The notes beneath the pieces were generated by a model. That model was not told the DNA's origin, searched no databases, and saw nothing but the letters and a program-made list of their open reading frames with translations. 64,000 nucleotides of DNA, taken from Hemiscyllium ocellatum (taxonomy: Eukaryota). Shown in pieces: positions 13,844-26,279 of this stretch; the stretch's first letter is position 1; the number at the start of each line of letters is the position of its first letter. Location: the NCBI RefSeq assembly GCF_020745735.1, contig NC_083449.1:9522923-9586922 (forward strand), given 5' to 3'. The position numbers were made by a program, and so were the translations under genes.

Positions 13844-14155
13844 TGGGCGGCACGGTGGCACAGTGGTTAGCACTGCTGCCTCACAGCGCCAGAGATCCGG
13901 GTTCAATTCCCGCCTCAGGCGTGTGGAGTTTGCACGTTCTCCCCGTGTCTGTGTGGGTTTCCTCCGGGTGCTCCGGTTTCCTCCCACAGTCCAAAGATGT
14001 TCAGGCCAGGTGAATTGGCCATGCTAAATTGCCTGTAGTGTTAGGTAAGGGGTAAATGTAGGGGTATGGGTGGGTTGCGCTTCGGCGGGTCGGTGTGTAC
14101 TTGTTGGACCGAAGGGCCTGTTTCCACACTGTAAGTAATCTAATCTAATCTAATC
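13844..14155 (+). mobile_element. HE1-type SINE inserted in CR1
   Basis: Near-identical to 11155-11472; (TAATC)n tail. Confidence 0.9.
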
Positions 14156-14896
14156 AAAATATCTCAGCAAGAGGCCCAGCAATCACAGAGTTCTAGGGTA
14201 CACCTGATCACGTCCTTGGGATGTATCCACTTTTACCCGTTTCAAGGCATCCAGCACTTCCTCTTCTGTAATATGGACATTTTTCATGGTGTCACCATCT
14301 ATTTCTCTTCAGTCTATATCTTCCGTATCCTTTTCCACAGTAAATACTGGTGCAAAATATTCATTTAGTATATCCCCCATTTTCTGCAGCTCCACATAAG
14401 GGTGCCTTGCTGATCTTTGGGGGGCCTTATTCTCTCCCCAGTTACGCTTTTGTCCTTAATGTATTTGTAAAAACTCTTTGGAATCTCCTTAATTCTATTT
14501 GCTAAAGCCATCTCATGTCCCCTTTTTGCCGTCCTGATTTCTCTCAAGTATACTCCCACTACCTTTATACTCTTCTAAGAATTCACTCAATCTATCCTGT
14601 CTATACCTCACATATGCTTCCTTCTTTTTATTAACCAAACCGTCAATTTCTTTAGTCATCCAGCATTCCCTATATCTACCAGCCTCTCCTTTCACCTTAA
14701 CAGGAATATACTTTCTCTGTTTTCTCATTATATCATTTCTGAAGGCTTCCCTTTACTTGCGAACATCTGCCCCCAATCAGCTTTTGAAAGATTTTGTCTA
14801 ATACCATCAAACTTGGCTTTTTTCCAATTTAGAACTTCAACTTTTAGATGTGGTCTATCATTTTCCATCACTATTTTAAAACAAATAGAACTATGG

Positions 14897-17800
14897 GGTA
14901 AAAACAATGACTGCAGATGCTGGAAACCAGATTCTGGATCAGTGGTTCTGGAAGAGCACAGCAGTTCAGGCTGCATCCAAAGTGCAGCAAAATCGACATT
15001 TCGGGCAAAAGCCCTTCATCAGGAATAAAGGCAGTGAGCCTGAAGCGTGGAGAAATAAGCTAGAGGAGGGAGGGGGTGGGGAGAAAGTAGCATAGAGTAC
15101 AATGGGTGAGTGGGGGAGGGGATGAAGGTGATAGGTCAGGGAGGAGCGGGTGGAGTGGATAGGTGGAAAAGGAGACAGGCAGGTAGGACAAGTCATGGGG
15201 ACAGTGCTGAGCTAGAAGTTTGGAATGAGGGTGAGGTGGGGGAAGGGGAAATGTGGAAATTGTTGAAGTCCACATTGATGCCATGGGGTTGAAGTGTTCC
15301 GAGGCGGAAGATGAGGCATTCTTCCTCCAGGCATCTGGTGGTGAGGGAGCGGCAGTGAAGGAGGCCCAGGACCTCCATGTCCTCAGCAGAGTGGGAGGGG
15401 GAGGGGGAGTTGAAATGTTGGGCCACGGGGCAGTGTGGTTGATTGGTGCAGGTGTCCCGGAGATGTTCCCTAAAGCGCTCTGCTAGGAGACCCCAATGTA
15501 GAGGAGACCGCATTGGGAGCAACGGATACAATAAATGATATTAGTGGATGTGCAGGTAAAACTTTGAAGGATGTGGAAGGCTCCTTTAGGGCCTTGGATA
15601 GAGGTAAGAGAGGAGGTATGGGCACAGGTTTTACAGTTCCTGCAGTGGCAGGGGAAAGTGCCAGGATGGGTGGGTGGGTTGTAAGGGGGCATGGACCTGA
15701 CCAGGTAGTCACGGAGGGAACAGTCTTTGCAGAAATCCCACTGCAACTCCCAGGTAATTTCCTCTGCCCTGAAGCTCTTCAACCATGTCGTGAAACAAAC
15801 TCAGTACCACAGCCACGTTTGCTTCCTCAGTGTTTGCCTCTGGAACCAACTCATCCCACACGGATTCCAGACCACCTTTAAACCAGTAGAGTTCGGACCC
15901 GAAAAGGAGAAATAGTACAGACTACAGATTCAAAAACACCAGCAACAGTTCTCTTTCAAGATCCTCCGCTCCACACTCGCAGCAATGCGCCAGCACCCAA
16001 CCTCTCTACAGTCAGCCCTGCCTCAGCTAAGGGCCACACTCTCTCAGAATTGCAAATGACCCACTCTGAATTATATCCTCAGGAGAATTCATACTCTCAA
16101 CAAACAGTATTTCAATTCCATCTCAAACATCAAAAACTGTACATACAACAAACTTTTATCTACCCACCTCCATAACCAGCGCTCCTCAAACATTCCAGAA
16201 GATTCCCCTGGCCTCGGAAATGACTCAGACGCCATTAGCCATGCGGCTGATGCAGCTACCACCCCCACGCTGATCGATGATGTCACTTCTGCCCTCATCA
16301 TGGCCACTCCCACAACCACTTCCGCCCCTCACAATTCCTGATGCATCACACGTGACATCACTTCCGCCCCTCACATCATCGCTGATGCCACACACTCAGT
16401 GACTTCCGCCACCCCTACTGCCGTGGTCACCACCACTTCCGCCCCCACCAGTGCCACTCACCTGCATTTTGCTGACACGCCCCCACAGATCCCACTGTCA
16501 CTATCACCACCCCCCAGAACCCTGAGGGGAACACTACCCCTGCTCATGACTCCATCCCCATTCCCCCCACCATCACACCCACTCCAGTTACAGGTTCCGA
16601 CCCCACTCCCAGCTCCACACCCACACCAGATCCCAGCTCCCAGCTCTGCCGAGTTTTCACCATCCCTCCAGACCTCCCCCTCACTAAAGACGAACGATCA
16701 GTCCTCAGCAAAGGACTCACTTTCATCCCCCTCCGTCCACGCATCAATGAATTTAATACACGCCGTGATGTCGAACAATTCTTCCGTCGCCTCTGCCTCT
16801 GAGCTTACTTTCACAATCAGGATTTCCGCACACCTTCCGAGGACCCCTTTGCCCACCTCCAACATGCTGCATCCACCTGGACACCCCGCACTGGCCTATT
16901 ACCTGCCCTCGACCTCTTCATTTCTAACTGCCCCCAGGACATTAACCGCCTCAAGCTGTCTCCACCCCACTCCAACCTCTCACCCTCACAACGTGCAGCC
17001 CTCCAATCCCAACGTCACCATCAAGACAGTGGATAAAGGGGGCGCAATGGTAGTCTGGCACACTGACGTCTCCACCGCTGCAGCCAAACGCTAACTCGAG
17101 GACACCTCTTCCAATTGCCCCCTCGACCATGACCCCACCCCCTATCACCAAACCATCATCTCCCAGACCTCATCACCTCAGGAGATCCCCTTCACCCACA
17201 TCTTCCAACCTCATAGTCCGGGAACCCAACACTGCCCGGTTCGACCTCCTCCCAAGATCCACAAGCCTGACCACCCTGGCCGATCAATTGTCTCAGCATG
17301 CTCCTGCCCCACTGAACTCATCTCTCACTACCTCGACACTGTCCTTTCCCCCCCTAGTCCAGGAACTCCCCACATACGTTCGAGACACCACCCACGCCCT
17401 CCACCTCCTCCAAGACTTTCTTTCCCTGGCCCCCAATGCCTCATCTTCACCATGGATATCCAATCCCTCTACACCTCGATCCGCAATGACCAGGGTCTCC
17501 AAGCTCTCCGTTTTTTCCTCTCCAGACGTCCCCAACAGTACCCTTCCACTGACACTCTCATTTGTTTGGCCGAACTGGTCCTCACCCTTAATTTCTCCTT
17601 TGAATCCTCCCACTTCCCCCAGACCAAAGGGGTAGCCATGGGCACACGTATGGGCCCCAGCTATGCTTGTCTCTTTGTTGGCTATGTAGAACAGTTGATC
17701 TTCCGTAATTATACCGGCACAACTCCCCACCTCTTCCTCCGCTACATTGATGACTACATTGGCGCCACCTTGTGCTCCCGCGAGGAGGTTGAGCAATTCA

Positions 17801-19087
17801 TCAACTTCACCAACACATTCCACCCTGACTTTACATTTACCTGGACCATCTCTGACACCTCCCTCCCCTTCCTGGACATCTCCATCTCCATTAATGACGA
17901 CCGACTTTACAAACCGACCGACTCCCACAGCTACCTGGATTACACCTCTTCCCACCCTATCTCTTGCAGAAATGCCATCCCGTATTCCCAATTCCTCAGC
18001 CTCCGCCTTATCTGCTCCCAGGAGGACGAGAACACACCAGATCGCCTCCTTCTTTAGAGACTGCAATTTCCCTTCCCACGTGGTTAAAGATGCCCTCCAA
18101 CGCATCTCGTCTACCTCCTACACTTCCGCCCTCAGACCCCACCCCTCCAACCGTAACAAGGACAGAACGTCCCTGGTGCTCACCTTCCACCCTACACAAA
18201 CCTTAGCATAAACCAAATCATCCACCAACATTTCCGCCACCTCCAAACATACCCCACCACCAGGGATATATTTCCTTTCCACCTTCCGCAAAGACCGTTC
18301 CCTTCGTAACTAACTGGTCAGGTCCACGCCTCCCTACAACCCATCCTCCCATCCTGGCACTTTCCCCTGCTACCGCAGGAACTGTAAAACCTGTGCCCAC
18401 ACCTCCTCCCTCACCTCTATCCAAGGCCCTAAAGGAGCCTTCCACATCCATCAAAGTTTTACCTAATATCATTTATTGTATCCGTTGCTCCTGATGTGGT
18501 CTCCTCTACATTGGGGAGACTGAGCGCCTCCTAGCAGAGCGCTTTAGGGAACATCTCCGGGACACCTGCACCAATCAACCACACCGCCCTGTGGCCCAAC
18601 ATTTCAACTCCCCCTCCCACTCTGCCGAGAACATGGAGATCCTGGGCCTCCTTCACCGCCACTCCCTCACCACCAGACGCCTGGAGGAAGAACGCCTCAT
18701 CTTTCGCCTCAGAACACTTCAACCCCATGGCATCAATGTGGACTTCAACAGTTTTCTCATTTCCCCTTCCCCCACCTCACCCTAATTCCAAACTTCCAGC
18801 TCAGCACTGTCCCTATGACTTGTCCAGACTTGTCCTACCTGCCTGTCTCCTTTTCCACCTATCCACTCCACCCTCTCCTACCTGACCTATCACCTTCATC
18901 CCTTCCCCCACTCACCCATTGTACTCTATGCTACTTTCTCCCCACCGCCACCCTCGTCTAGCTTATCTCTCCACGCTTCAGGCTCACTGCCTTTATTCCT
19001 GAAGGGCTTTTGCCCAAAACGTAGATTTCGCTGCACTTTGGATGCTGCCTGAACTGCTGTACTCTTCCAGCACCACTAATCCAGAAT
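14897..19087 (+). mobile_element. Penelope-like element (RT + GIY-YIG, frameshifted) with an inverted ~840-bp copy of its 3' end at 14897-15735
   Basis: GVAMGTRMGPSYA and YIDD RT motifs, IYCIRC..CGLLYIGET GIY-YIG motif; 13-bp TSD AATAGAA(C/T)TATGG. Confidence 0.92.
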
Positions 19088-21104
19088 GTAATAGAATTAT
19101 GGTCGCTGGCCCCAAAGTGCTCCCCCACTGACACCTCAGTCACCTGCCCTGCCTTATTTCTCAGTAGGTCAAGTTTTGCACCTTCTTTAGTAGGTATATC
19201 CACATACTGAATCAGAAAATTTTCTTGTACACTTAACAAATCTGGAAAGTTAAAATCCCCTACCATAACCACCCTAATATTCTTACAGATAGCTGGGATT
19301 TCCTGACAAGTTTGTTTCTCAATTTCCCTCTGACTGTTAGGGGCCATATAATACAATCCCAATAAGGTGATTATTCCTTTCTCATTTCTCAGTTCCACCC
19401 AAATAACTTCCCTGGATGTATCTTTCCTCAGTACAGCTGTAATGCTATCCCTTATCAAAAATACCGCTCCCCCTCCTCTCTTGCCTCCCTTTCTATCCTT
19501 CCTGTAGCATTTCTATCCTGGCACATTAAGTTGTCAGTCCTGCCCATCCCTTAGACATGTTTCTGCAATTGCTATCATATCCCACTCCCATCTTCCTAAC
19601 CATACCCAAAGTTCATCTGCCTTCCCTGTTAGGCCCCTTGCATTGAAACAAATGCAGTTTAATTCATTAGTCCTACCATGTCCCTGCCTGCACTGACTGT
19701 TTGACTCGCTTCTGTTCTCAACTGCACCAGTCTCAGATTGATCTCTTTCCTCACTATTTCCCTGGGTCCCACCCCTTCAACCACATTACTAGTTTTAACT
19801 CTCCTGAGTAGCTCTTGAAAATTTCCCTGCCGGTATATTTAGTCCCCTTCCAATATAGGTGCAATCCGTCCTTCTTGTACAGGTCACTTCTACCTCAAAA
19901 GAGATTCCAATGATCCAAAATGTGAATCCTTTGCCTATACAGCAGCTCCTCAGCCATGCAGTCTTCTGCTCTATCCTCCTACTACTGCCTTTACCATCTC
20001 GTAGCACTGGGAGTAATTCAGATATTACTACTCTCAAGGACCTCCTTTTTAAATTCCTGCCTAACTCTCTGTAATCTCCCTTCAGAATCTCAACCTTTTC
20101 CCTTCCTGTGTCATTGGTTCCAATGTGGACAATGAACTGCTGCTGGCCTCTCACTCCCTTGAAAACATTCTGCATCCTCGGAGACATCCTTGATCCTGGT
20201 ACCAGGGAAGCAACACACCATTCTGATTTTTCACTGCTGGCCACTCAAAAATCTGTCTGTACCTCAGACTAGAGAGTCCCCTAACACAATTGAGATCTTT
20301 GAAACTGACATACCCCGCATTGCATTAGAGCCAGTCTCAGTACCAGAAACTTGGCTGTTTGTGCTACATTCCCCTGTGAATCAATCACTCCCTACATTTT
20401 CCAAAACAGCATACTTGTTTGCAATGGGGATAGCCACAGAAGACTCCTGCACTACCTATTAGTTTCTGCTACATGAATGAATGAGGGTAGTTATCAACCT
20501 GTTCTTGTCAGTTTGTTCTGTGAATGTGTCAGTGTAATTTTCAATCTGCATCTGTCAATTTCTGCTGGGTGAATGAGAGAGTATCATTACCAATATGTAC
20601 CTGTGAGATTCTGATTTGTTATTTTTGAGTATCATTATCAAACTGTACATGACAGTGTGATTTTCCCTCTGTCAACTTGAAAGTATAGTAATAAATCTTG
20701 ACCTGTTGGGTTATGCGATGGGAAAGTTCTTGTCAGTTTCTGCTGTGTGAGTGTAGTTATCCATCTGTGCCTGTCAGTTTCTGCTATCTGAATGTCTGAG
20801 TGCAAGTATCAATCCATGTGTCTCAGTTTCTGCTACGACAATAAGCAAGTTTGTACCTGTACCTGTAAGTTTCAGACATGTGAGTGTATGAATGCAGTCA
20901 TTAATATATCCCTGAATGTTTCTGCTTGTAAAAATGCAAATGTATTCATTAAATCATACCTGTCCTTTTCTCCAAAGTGAATATGAAAATGTAGTTATCA
21001 ATCTGTAACTGTCAGTTTTTGTTCTGTGAACATATGTGTGATGTAATCAGTCTGTACCAATCAGTTTCTGTGGTGTGAATATTCTTGTATACTGTGGCAC
21101 ATTA

Positions 21105-21402
21105 TACGGCACAGTGGCTTAATGGTTGGCTCTGTTGCCTCACAGCGCCAGGGACCTGGATTCGATTCCAGCCTCGGGCGACTGTCTGCATGGAGTATGC
21201 GCATTCTCCCAGTGTCTGTGTGAGTTTCCTCTGGGTGCCCCGGTTTCCTCCCACTGTCCAAAGAAGAGGCTAGGTGAGTTGGCCATGCTAAATTGCCCAT
21301 AGTGTTCAGGGATGTGTGGGTTAGGTGCATTAGTCAGGGGTAAATGTAGAATGATAAGGGAGTGGTTCTGGTTGAGATAATCTTCAGAGGGTCGGTGTGG
21401 AT
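21105..21402 (+). mobile_element. Older HE1-type SINE
   Basis: Diverged copy of the same SINE. Confidence 0.82.
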
Positions 21403-22051
21403 TCTAATTATAACTAAAAGATTATACCTGAAAGTTTCTGCTAGATGAAACTCTCCCCATCAGTTTCTGAGCTGACAATGTATGAATGCATTTATCAATT
21501 TACAAAGAATAGCAGATTCAGATGAATGCATTTATCAATGTGAATCTGCCATTCTTTGTAATATGAATGTGTGCGAAGAGTTATTGTTCTATGCCTGGAG
21601 ACATAGAAGTGGAGGCTAGGAAACTTTGGGAAATAAATATTGCTATCTTGAAACCAGTCCACATGCCAAAAGAGGAGGCGCAAGAGATGTTAAAAAAAAA
21701 AGTAAATGTGTCGCAAATTCTGGGACCTAATCAATTATATTTTATGATGTTGGAGGGAGCTGTATTGATAATTTGAATAAATGGCATTGTTTTATTACTT
21801 TTTTGGGAATATCTCATAGGGAGGGTTAATCTGTTCCTGTAAGTTATTGCAATCTGAATGTGTGACTGTGGTTATCAAATCTGTCAGTTTCTGTGTGAAT
21901 GTACGGGTGCAGTTATCTATCTCAGTTTCTGCAAAGTGAATGAGAGTATAATTATCAGTCTCCACCTGTCAGCGTCTCCTACATCTATATGTTATTTTAG
22001 TTATGGAGTTGAACCTCTGATAGTTTCTGTCATATGAATGTGTGAATTCAT

Positions 22052-22333
22052 ACGGCACGGTGGCACAGTGGTTAGCACTGCTTCCTCACAGCGCCAGGGA
22101 CCTGGGTTCAATTCCCGCCTCAGGTGACTGTGTCTCCCTGTGTCTGTGTGGGTTTCCTCCGGGTGCTCCGGTTTCCTCCCACAGTCCAAAGATATGCGGG
22201 TCAGGTGAATTGGCCATGCTAAATTGCCTGTAGTGTTAGGTAAGGGGTATGGGTGGGTTGCGCTTCGGCTGGTCGGTGTGGACTTGTTGGGCCGAAGGGC
22301 CTGTTTCCACACTATAAGTAATCTAATCTAATC
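22052..22333 (+). mobile_element. HE1-type SINE
   Basis: A/B boxes and TAATC tail. Confidence 0.9.
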
Positions 22334-24210
22334 ATCAATCTGTCCTTGTCAATTACTGCAAATTGAATGGGTGAGAGTAGATATCAAGCTGTAACTGTTT
22401 CTGCCATGTGGATATGAGTTGAATATGAGAGTGTAGTTGTCAGGCTTTGTTTGTCAAACTGAATATTGTTATCGATCTATACTTGTCAGATACCCGTGTG
22501 AAACTGGGAGATTCGAAATCAAAAATTACTTGTCAGTTTATGCAATATGAAACTGAGTGTTATTGTTAATCTGTTCCTGTCAGTTTCTGCTTCATGGATA
22601 TGATACATTTGTTATCAAGCTTTCTCTGTCAGTAACTACCTCTGTCAGTCACTACAATGTGAACGTCAGGGTGTATTTACTAATTTGTTCCTGTCAGTTT
22701 CAGCTGTGTATTTGCGTGTGCAGTTATTAATCTGTAACTGTCAGTGTCTACCATGTGAATGTGAGTGCATTTATCAATGTTACCCTATCAGCTTCTGTGT
22801 TGTGAATATGTGAAAGTACTTACTAATTTGTACCTGCCAGTTCTGATATGTAAATATCGTTCTCAATTTCTCCTTGTCGATTTCTGCTATATGTGTTACA
22901 GCATGCAGTTAGCAATCTATACGTGTACTTTTCTGCAATGTGAACATCAGAATATAGTTATCAATCTGACTACTCTATGAATATATAAGTACAGTCACCA
23001 AACTATACAGACCAGCTTCTTTGTGACTCTGAATTCAGATATTAATCTATGTCTGTCAATTTCAGCTATGTGAATGTGTGAGTGCACTTATCAATCTGTA
23101 CCTGTCAGATTCTGCTCAGTGCATTTGTTTTGTGTCATGGATTGTGTATTAGAAAATTAAAGGATTTTCCAACTCCGATAGTGCAGACTCGAACTGGGAG
23201 GAATGATACCATGAGCTGTTCTTCAGGATGTGATCAGTTTTTCATCAGCATAGCTACATACTTTTGTGAATAATGCTGAGAAATAGATAGGTGTTACATT
23301 CCTTTGGTAGTGTCTCAAGGAAAGGAAAATGAACAAATGAATTGTATTGTAGCTGACTGACCACAATGTTCCTGCTACAGGAAAGAGAATTGGTTAGTTC
23401 ACTTCATTATTCTATTGTGAATATTACATAATCCTGCTCTGTGGTGTGACGGTGCAAGCCATTAACAGTACTCTCCTGATGTTATATGGTGGCGATGAGG
23501 AAAGTGAAAGACTTGTATTTTTGTCATACAATGGAAAAGATTTAAACCATTCAGGCAAATTTATTGAACATGGTTGAACTCTTGCTGCAAAAAGAATGAG
23601 AATTTTCAAATTACAAAATTTGGCTAAATTCTTTTGTTGAATTAAAGAGTAATTGTTTGATTATATTGTTAAATTGACAATATGACTCTATTTTCTTGCT
23701 TTTTTGTAATACTTCATAGGGTGGGACATTTGGGATTCTTTGTAGAAGATTCAAGTGAATTTGGAGACCGAGTTTCACATTTTTTAATAAAAATAAATTA
23801 ATACTGGGCAGTGTGAAAATGTAATTTCTATCCCTACACAGTGAATATGTTGAGAATGATGTTGAGATCAAGGTGGGGTTGGCAGCTCCTCTGCTGCCAT
23901 GACACCCTTATTGAAATGGAATGCTGCCTGAATGGGATTTAGTTGCTTGTTTTTGTGTAAACATTTTGTATATATTCATTTCTGTTTCCTACAGTGTAAG
24001 TGTGTGTACATCGCTGTTAATGTCTGTATCTTGTGTGTTGATTTGGTGGTTCAATCTGAATTTGTACCTTTGTATATGTGTGCGTGTTCTCAGTAATGAT
24101 TTACTACTTGTCACATATGGCTGCTGAAACTATGTAAAAGCACGATGTCATTGTTTATCCTGTTTGTGACATTTAAAAAGCCCTCTTAAAACGTAAACTT
24201 GATTTAGTAC

Positions 24211-24345
24211 ACCATTCCTGATGAAGGGCTTATGCCCGAAACGTCGAATTTCCTGTTCCTTGGATGCTGCCTGACCTGCTGCGCTTTAACCAGCAACACA
24301 TTTTCAGCTCTGATCTCCAGCATCTGCAGACCTCACTTTTTACTC
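24211..24345 (+). mobile_element. Penelope-derived mini-element carrying a hammerhead motif
   Basis: Matches Penelope terminus; flanked by direct repeat TTAGTACACCATT. Confidence 0.85.
24214..24249 (+). ncRNA. Minimal type I hammerhead ribozyme motif
   Basis: ATTC-CTGATGA-A-GGGC(TTAT)GCCC-GAAAC-GTC-GAAT. Confidence 0.72.
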
Positions 24346-24601
24346 TTAGTACACCATTTGCTTACTTTAAACAATCAATCAGTCAGCTACAAACATGCTG
24401 TGAATGTTCATGGCCTGTGAATCATATTAATTAAAACCAGGAAGATGTCAATGGAGAATGCAGAGAAAAAAAAGAAACTGGTCTTTCCGCAGTTGAGTCT
24501 GACTTTGCTTGTTTGGATATATCTCTGGTAATTGAGCTCAAACTTAGTCTGATCCAATCTGCTCTGTGCCTGTGGAAAGGATGTTCTCTGCTTTGACATA
24601 C

Positions 24602-24682
24602 CTGCTGTTTGCTAGAAGCAGCTGGTCACACTTGACTTTGCACTAAGGAAATATGACATTGTCTTCGTCATTCAAATATTTA
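24602..24682 (-). other. Putative small exon (~81 nt) of repeated module
   Basis: Donor CAG|GTATGT intact; acceptor shifted to AAG. Confidence 0.5.
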
Positions 24683-25139
24683 CTTGGCAGAAGACAGAAG
24701 ATTTTTCAGCTGTAAATCAACATAAGCCAAGTTAGGCAAGATTAAACTGATCACTGTGGCAGTCAGTTAATAATCAAAAGAGTATTTTCAAACCTAGCAA
24801 TTCAAACAGAACCAAGTTTCAATTCCACTCTTGCCCTGAGTTGCTCCTCGTCTTTTTTTCTTCTGTTTACAACTTTGTGACATTTGGGTGATATCCAGAA
24901 CTAATATCTGTTCACCTCCATGAACGGGAATTCCTGAAGCAGCTGCAATGCATTAATAGCAAGCTGCCAATCCACTAAATGTTGAAGGAAAGAACAAGGG
25001 ACGCAATGTCTAATGCTTTACTCGAAACTTCAAGTCTGTTCACTCTAATACATGTCCTTTATAGGATTGTCGCAAAATTGTGGTCTGCGCTTCCATTATT
25101 CACCGCCCAATATCAACAAACAGAAGCCAAACAGAATTC

Positions 25140-25560
25140 TCATCAGTGTTTAGGGGATAAAAAACCACCAGAATGTCCCACAGCAGCTTCCTCCCTCAGC
25201 AAGCCCACACACAACCTGAGAAAGGCTTCCTCTTCCCACCAGCCCGCTCACTCCAAGTTCCGGGACGAGTTCATGCTCGGCTCGGCTCGGCCTCTTACAA
25301 ACAGCCCCCGGTTCTCCCTGAACTCACCCTGAATCAATCCCGGTCCGGAGCCCTCTCTGTGCCCCAGGCTCACATCTCAATGTGCTGCTGGAAGGAGCCT
25401 GCTGATCTCTCCTTGGAGTCTGTTTCAAACAAACCTCTTTGCACTCACTGAGTAAATGCTCCTCAATGGCAGCGCTGGAGGAAGGCCTCACGCATGCGCT
25501 GCCCTCGTCAGGAACAGTCAGTTTTGGGGAAGGGGCAGCATTGCGCATGCGCTGCTTCAG
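25140..25560 (-). other. Repeated module, promoter/exon 1, copy A (NRF1-type GCGCATGCG motifs, donor GTGAGT at 25322-25327)
   Basis: Reverse-complement homolog of 38075-38500 and 62285-62670. Confidence 0.75.
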
Positions 25561-25659
25561 GTTGCCTGAATAAATCATTCACAATAAACCGACAGTGACA
25601 GCAGCAGTGCTAACCCCAGACCCAGTATCGGGGATCAGGGTCAAAGCACAAATATTACT

Positions 25660-26110
25660 TCCAAAAAAAGGAGAGACTAAATGAGCTTGGATTGTTTTTT
25701 TCTAGACCAGAGATGACTGAAGTGGTGGCACATGATTGTGGTGTGAAAGATTATGAGGCTAATGGACAGGGTGAATGTAGAGAAGCTGTTTCCCTTGTTT
25801 GAGAGATCAATCACAAGTAGTGATTGCGTTAGGATATGGTAAAGGATAAGGATTCTCACTATGCTGTAGGGTAAGGGGTAAATATATTGATGGAAAGTCC
25901 CTTTCACACAGCAAGTGGTGGAAATCTGGAAGATACTGCCTGGGAAGGCAGTGGAGCCCAGAAGCCTTAACCTGGAAAAAGTATTTGCATGAGCACTTGA
26001 AATGTCATACCATTTAAGGATATGGGACAAGTGCAGAAATTTGCAAACCTTCAGTGGTAGTTATTGTGGGTGCAGACACGATGCCTGAAGGGCTTTTCTG
26101 TGCTGTATGA
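25660..26110 (+). mobile_element. Old CR1 3' fragment
   Basis: Degenerate LGLFSLE-RRL-DMI-V-KIM coding remnant. Confidence 0.6.
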
Positions 26111-26279
26111 GTACATGCATGTCAGCTTTTGCCTCTGTGTCTCTCACGGAACAGTTATTAATTTGTACCTGTCAGTCTTTGGTTTCTGGCTATGTAATTG
26201 CATTTATCATATGCCACCTGTCAAGTTTTTGCTGTGTATATATGAGAGTCTAATTATCAACTTGTAACTTTCAGGTTGT

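Larger units (their letters stand above)
12378..20458 (-). mobile_element. Near full-length decayed CR1 LINE (ORF1 SGNH/esterase-like, endonuclease, RT), interrupted by a SINE and a Penelope element
   Basis: HIGTND (ORF1), WVELRN..GDFN (endonuclease), FADD (RT) and 3' tail in order on minus strand. Confidence 0.88.
20459..23120. repeat. Continuation of the ~47-bp array beyond the CR1 insertion, with SINE and CR1 interruptions
   Basis: Same unit and orientation as 10080-12376. Confidence 0.85.
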
